A stretch of 64,000 bases of DNA from assembly GCF_009914755.1 (NCBI RefSeq), contig NC_060933.1. The stretch is one strand, 5' to 3'. Of this stretch, positions 58,501-64,000 are shown in pieces; position 1 is the first letter of the stretch, and each line of letters begins with the position of its first letter. This DNA is from the human T2T-CHM13v2.0 reference genome, Homo sapiens. The notes below the pieces were generated by a model. It saw only the letters and a program-made list of their open reading frames with translations. It did no database searches and had not been told where the DNA came from. A program made the position numbers and the translations under genes.

Positions 58501-60869
58501 GCAATGGAATGGAATCAACCCGAGTGCAATCGAATGGAATCGAATGGAATGGAATGCAATGGAATGGATTCAACTTGAATGGAAAGGAAAGAATGGAATC
58601 AACACGAGTGGAATGGCATGGATTGGAATGGAATGGAATGGAATCAATCCGAGTACAGGGGAATGGAATGGAAAGGAATGCAATGGAATGGAATCATCAG
58701 TAATGGAATGGAAAGGAATGGAAAGGACTGGAATGGAATGGCATGGATTGGAATGGAATGGAATGGAATCAACCCGAGTACAGGGGAATGGAATGGAATG
58801 GAATGCAATGGAATGGAATCATCCGTAATGGAATGGAAAGGAATGGAATGGAATGCAATGGAATGGAATGGAATGGAATGGAATGGAATGGAATCAACTC
58901 GAATGCAATCGAATGGAATGGAATGGAATTAACCCGAATAGACTGGAATGGAATGGAATGGAACGGAACGTAATGGAATGGAATGGAATGGAATGGAATG
59001 GAATGGAACGGAACGGAATGGAATGGAATGGAATGGAATGGAATGGAATGGAATCAACGCGAGTGCAGGGGAATGGAATGGAATGGAATGCAAAGAAATG
59101 GAATCTTCCGGAATGGAATGGAATGGAATGGAATGGAATGGAATGCAATGGATTCAACTCGATTGCAATGGAATGGAATAGAATGGAATGGAATGGAATG
59201 GAATGGAATTAATCCGAATAGAATGGAATGGAATGGAATGGAACAGAATGGAACGGAATGGAATGGAATGGAATGGAATGGAATGGAATGGTATGGAATG
59301 GAACGGAATGCTACGGAATAGAATGGAATGGAACGAATTGTAATGGAATGGAATTGAATGGAATGGAATGGAATGGAATGGAATGGAATCAACCCGACTG
59401 CAGGGGAATGGAATGGAATGGAATGCAATGGAATGGATTCAACTTGAATGGAATGGACAGAATGGAATCAACACGAGTGGAATGGCATGGATTGGAATGG
59501 AATGGAATGGAATCAACCCGAGTACAGGGGAATGGAATGGAATGGAATGCAATGGAATGGAATCATCCGTAATGAAATGGAAAGGAATGGAATGGAATGG
59601 AATGGAATGGAATGGAATGGAATCAACTCGATTGCAATCGAATGGAATGGAATGGAATTAACCCGAATAGAATGGAATGGAATGGAATGGAACGGAACGG
59701 AACGGAATGGAATGGAATGGAATGGAATGGAACGGAAAGGAATGGAATGAAATGGAATGGAATGGAATGGAATGGAATCAAAGCGAGTGCAGGGGAATGG
59801 AATGGAATGGAATGCAATGGAATGGAATCTTCCGGAATGGAACGGAATGGAATGGAAAGGAATGGAATGGAATGGAATAAACCCGAGTGCAATGGAATGG
59901 AGTGGAATGGAATGGAATGGAATGGAACAACCCGAATGGAATGGAATGTAATGGAGAGTAAGGGAGTTGAATAGAATCAATCCGAATGTAATGGAATGGA
60001 ATGGAACGGAATGGAATTGAATGGAATGGAATGGAATGCAATGGAATGGAATCAACCCGAGTTCAATGGAATGGAGAGGAATGGAATGGAATGGAATGGA
60101 AACTACCCGAATGGAATGGAATGTAATGGAGTGTAAGGGAATTGAATAGAATCAATCCGAATGTAATGGAATGGAATGAAACGGAATAGAATGGAATGGA
60201 ATGGAATGGATTGGAATGGAATTGAACGGAATGGAATGGAATGGAATGGAATGGATTGGAATGGAATGGAATGCAATGGAATGGAATCAACCCGAGTGCA
60301 ATCGAATGGAATCGAATGGAAAAGAATGCAATGGAATGGATTCAACTTGAATGGAATGGAAAGAATGCAATCAACACGAGTGGAATGGCATGGATTCGAA
60401 TGGAATGGAATGGAATCAACCCGAGTACAGGGGAACGGAATGGAACGGAATGGAATGGAATGGAATGGAATGGTATGGAATGGAATGGAATGGTACGGAA
60501 TAGAATGGAATGGAACGAATTGTAATGGAATGGAATTGAATGGAATTGAATGGAATGGAATGGAATCAACGCGAGTGCAGGGGAATGTAATGGAACGGAA
60601 TGCAATGGAATGGAATCATCCGCAATGGAATGGAATGGAATAGAATGGAATGGAATCAACCCGAGTGCAATGGAATGGAGTGGAATGGAATGGAATGGAA
60701 TGGAACAACCCGAATGGAATGGAATGTAATGGAGAGTAAGGGAGTTGAATAGAATCAATCCGAATATAATGGAATGGAATGCAACGGAATGGAATGGAAT
60801 GGAATGGAATGGAATGCAATGGAATTGAATCAACCCGAGTACAATGGAATGGAATGGAATGGAATGGAA

Positions 60870-62270
60870 TGGAAGGGAATGGAATGGAATGGAATGATAC
60901 GGAATAGAATGGAATGGAACGAAATGGAATGGAATGGAATGGAATGGAATGGAATGGAATGGAATGGAATGGAATCGTTCCGAGTGGAATAGGAGGGAAT
61001 GTATTCGAGTGGAATGGAAAGGAATGGAATCAACCAGAGTGGAATGGAAGGGAATGGCATAGAATGGAAACTAATAGAATGGAATCAACCCGAGGGGAAT
61101 GGAATGGAAAAGACTGGAATGGAATGGAATGGAAAGGAATCAACTCGATTGTAATGGAATGGAATGGAATGGAATGGAATTAACCCGAATAGAATGGAAT
61201 GGAATGGAATGGAATGGAATGGAATGGAATGGAACGAAAAGGAAGGGAATGGAATGGAATAGAATGGAATGGAATGGAATCAACGCGAGTGCAGGGGAAT
61301 GGAATGGAATGGAATGCAATGGAATGGAATCTTCCGGAATGGAATGGAATGGAATGGAATGGAATGGAATCAACCCGAGTGCAATGGAATGGAGTGGAAT
61401 GGAATGGAATGGAATGGAACAACCCGAATGGAATGGAATGGAATGGAGAGTAAGGGAGTTGAATAGAATGAATCCGAATGTAATGGAATGGAATGGAACG
61501 GAATGGAATTGAATGGAATGGAATGGAATGCAATGGAATGGAATCAACCCGAGTTCAATGGAATGGAATGGAATGGAATGGAATGGAATGGAATGGAATG
61601 GAATGATACGGAATAGAATGGAATGGAACGAAATGGAATGGAATGGAATGGAATGGAAGGGAATGGAATGGAATGGAATGATACGGAATAGAATAGAATG
61701 GAACGATATGGAATGGAATGGAATGGAATGGAATGGAATGGAATGGAATGGAATGGAATCGTTCCGAGTGGAATAGGAGGGAATGTATTCGAGTGGAATG
61801 GAAAGGAATGGAATCAACCAGAGTGGAATGGAAGGGAATGGAATGGAATGGAAACTAATAGAATAGAATCAACCCGAGAGGAATGGAATGGAAAAGACTG
61901 GAATGGAATGGAATGGAATGGAATCAACTCGATTGTAATGGAATGGAATGGAATGGAATGGAATTAACCCGAATAGAATGGAATGGAATGGAATGGAATG
62001 GAATGGAACGAAAAGGAAGGGAATGGAATGGAATAGAATGGAATGGAATGGAATCAACGCGAGTGCAGGGGAATGGAATGGAATGGAATGCAATGGAATG
62101 GAATCTTCCGGAATGGAATGGAATGGAATGGAATGGAATGGAATGGAATGGAATCAACCCGAGTGCAATGGAATGGAGTGGAATGCAATGGAATGGAATG
62201 GAACAACCCGAATGGAATGGAATGTAATGGAGAGTAAGGGAGTTGAATAGAATGAATCCGAATGTAATGG
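60870..62270 (+). repeat. ~785 bp diverged tandem duplication
   Basis: cgttccgag at 60976/61760, ggaaaagactgg at ~61106/~61890, aacgaaaaggaaggg at ~61233/~62007, atagaatgaatccg at ~61463/~62247. Confidence 0.8.
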
Positions 62271-64000
62271 ATTGGAATGGAACGGAACGGAACGCAATGG
62301 AATGGAATGGAATCGAATGGAATGGAATCAACTCGAGTGCAGGGGAATGGATTGGAATGGAATGCAATGGAATGGAATCTTCCGGAATGGAATGGAATGG
62401 AATGGAATGGAATGAAATGCAATGGGTTCAACTCGATTGCAATGGAATGGAATAGAATGGAATGGAATGGAATGGAATGGAATTAATTCGAATAGAATGG
62501 AATGGAATGTAATGGAACGGAATGGAACGGAATGGAATGGAATGGAATGGAATGGTATGGAACGGAATGGAATGGTACGGAATAGAATGGAATGGAACGA
62601 ATTGTAATGGAATGGAATTGAATGGAATGGAATGGAATGGAATGGAATCAACGCGACTGCAGGGGAATGTAATGGAACGGAATGCAATGGAATGGAATCA
62701 TCCGCAATGGAATGGAATGGAATGGAATGGAATGGAATCAACCCGAGTGCAATGGAATGGAGTGGAATGGAATGGAATGGAATGGAACAACCCGAATGGA
62801 ATGGAATGTAATGGAGAGTAAGGGAGTTGAATAGAATCAATCCGAATGTAATGGAATGGAATGCAACGGAATGGAATGGAATGGAATGGAATGGAATGGA
62901 ATTAACCCTAATAAAATGGAATGGAATGGAATGGAACGGAATGGAGTGGAATGGAATGGAATCAACCCGAGTGCAGGGGAATCTAATGGAATGGAATGCA
63001 ATGGAATGGTATCATCCGGAATGGAATGGAATGGAATGGAATGCAAAGCAATGGAATCAACTCGATTGCAATGGAATGGAATGGAATGGAAAGGAATACA
63101 TTGGAATCAACCCGAGTGTAATGGAATGGAAAGGACTGGAATGGAGTGGAATGGAATGGAATGGAATGGAATGGAATCAACTCGATTGGAATGGAATGGA
63201 ATGGAATGGAATGGAATTAACCCGAATACAATGGAATGGAATGGAATGGAACGGAACGGATTGGAATGGAATGGAATGGAATGGAATGGAATGGAATGGA
63301 ATCAACCCGACTGCAGGGGAATGGGATGGAATGGAAGGCAATGGAATGGATTCAACTTGAACGGAATGGAAAGAATGGAATCAACACGAGTGGAATGGCA
63401 TGGATTGGAATGGAATGGAATGGAATCAACCCGAGTACAGGGGAATGGAATGGAATGCAATGCAATGGAATGGAATCATCCGTAATGGAATGGAAAGGAA
63501 TGGAATGGAATGGAATGGAATGGAATGGAATGGAATCAACTCGATTTCAATCGAATGGAATGGAATGGAATTAACCCGAATAGAATGGAATGGAATGGAA
63601 TGGAACGGAACGGAACGGAATGGAACGGAACGGAGTGGAATGGAATGGAATGGAATTGTATGGAATGGAATGGCATGGTACGGAATAGAATGGAATGGAA
63701 AGAATTGGAATGGAATGGAATCGAATGGAATGGAATGGAATGGAATGGAATCAACCCGAGTACAGGGGAATGTAATGCAAAAGAATGCAATGGAATGGAA
63801 TCATCCGGAATGGAATGGAATGGAATGGAATGGAATGGAATGGAATGGAATGGAATCAACCCGAGTGCAATGGAATGGAGTGGAATGGAATGGAATGGAA
63901 TGGAGTGGAATGGAATCGAATGGAATGGAACAACCCGAATGGAATGGAATGTAATGGAGAGTAAGGGAGTTGAATAGAATCACTCCGAATGTAATGGAAT

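Larger units (their letters stand above)
9176..58584 (+). repeat. Homogenised higher-order repeat domain built on a 15,139 bp unit (order X-Y-Z-X-Y-Y-Z-X-Y-Z)
   Basis: ORFs recur at fixed offsets of 15139 (9204/24343, 34631/49770), 19093 (24343/43436) and 15134 (43065/58199). Sequence outside 9176-58584 no longer matches at these offsets. Confidence 0.95.
1..64000 (+). repeat. Human satellite III (HSat3)-type (GGAAT)n tandem array, G/A-rich strand on +
   Basis: GGAAT pentamers run end to end, punctuated by CAACCCGAGT, CAACTCGATT, CAACGCGAGT, CAACACGAGT and TAACCCGAAT decamers, the classical HSat3 interruption motif. No non-satellite sequence seen. Confidence 0.98.

Noticed and set aside
208-63983. 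Hundreds of ORFs (MEWNG repeats on +, FHSIP repeats on -), up to 496 aa at 51314-52804
   Set aside because: (GGAAT)n has no stop codon in any frame and supplies an ATG every 5 bp. ORFs overlap in all six frames, are low complexity, and change with pentamer slippage between copies.
1-64000. HSat2, telomeric, or SCA31-type (TGGAA)n expansion identity
   Set aside because: Lacks the HSat2 CATTCGATGATGAT-type motif and TTAGGG arrays. The interspersed CAACCCGAGT modules and absence of unique flanks indicate native HSat3.

Overview
The whole 64 kb window is one uninterrupted (GGAAT)n satellite array with recurrent CAACCCGAGT-type decamer interruptions. This is the signature of human/hominid Satellite III (HSat3) pericentromeric heterochromatin, with the purine-rich strand on + throughout. 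I see no inversions, transposon insertions, RNA genes or credible protein-coding genes; all ORFs are MEWNG/FHSIP repeat artefacts. The informative content is higher-order structure. There is an older ~3.0 kb tandem duplication at ~2710-8715. The ~49 kb homogenised domain at 9176-58584 is best explained by a 15,139 bp tandem duplication followed by a younger, out-of-register 19,093 bp tandem duplication, and both junctions resolve to short identical tracts (43 bp and 64 bp). Many smaller 60-800 bp duplications are also present. A recurring variant, GGAATCTTCCGGAAT, forms a perfect three-unit heat-shock element. I found no evidence of a novel protein-coding system. Offsets and variants were read by eye and from the ORF track, not from an alignment.
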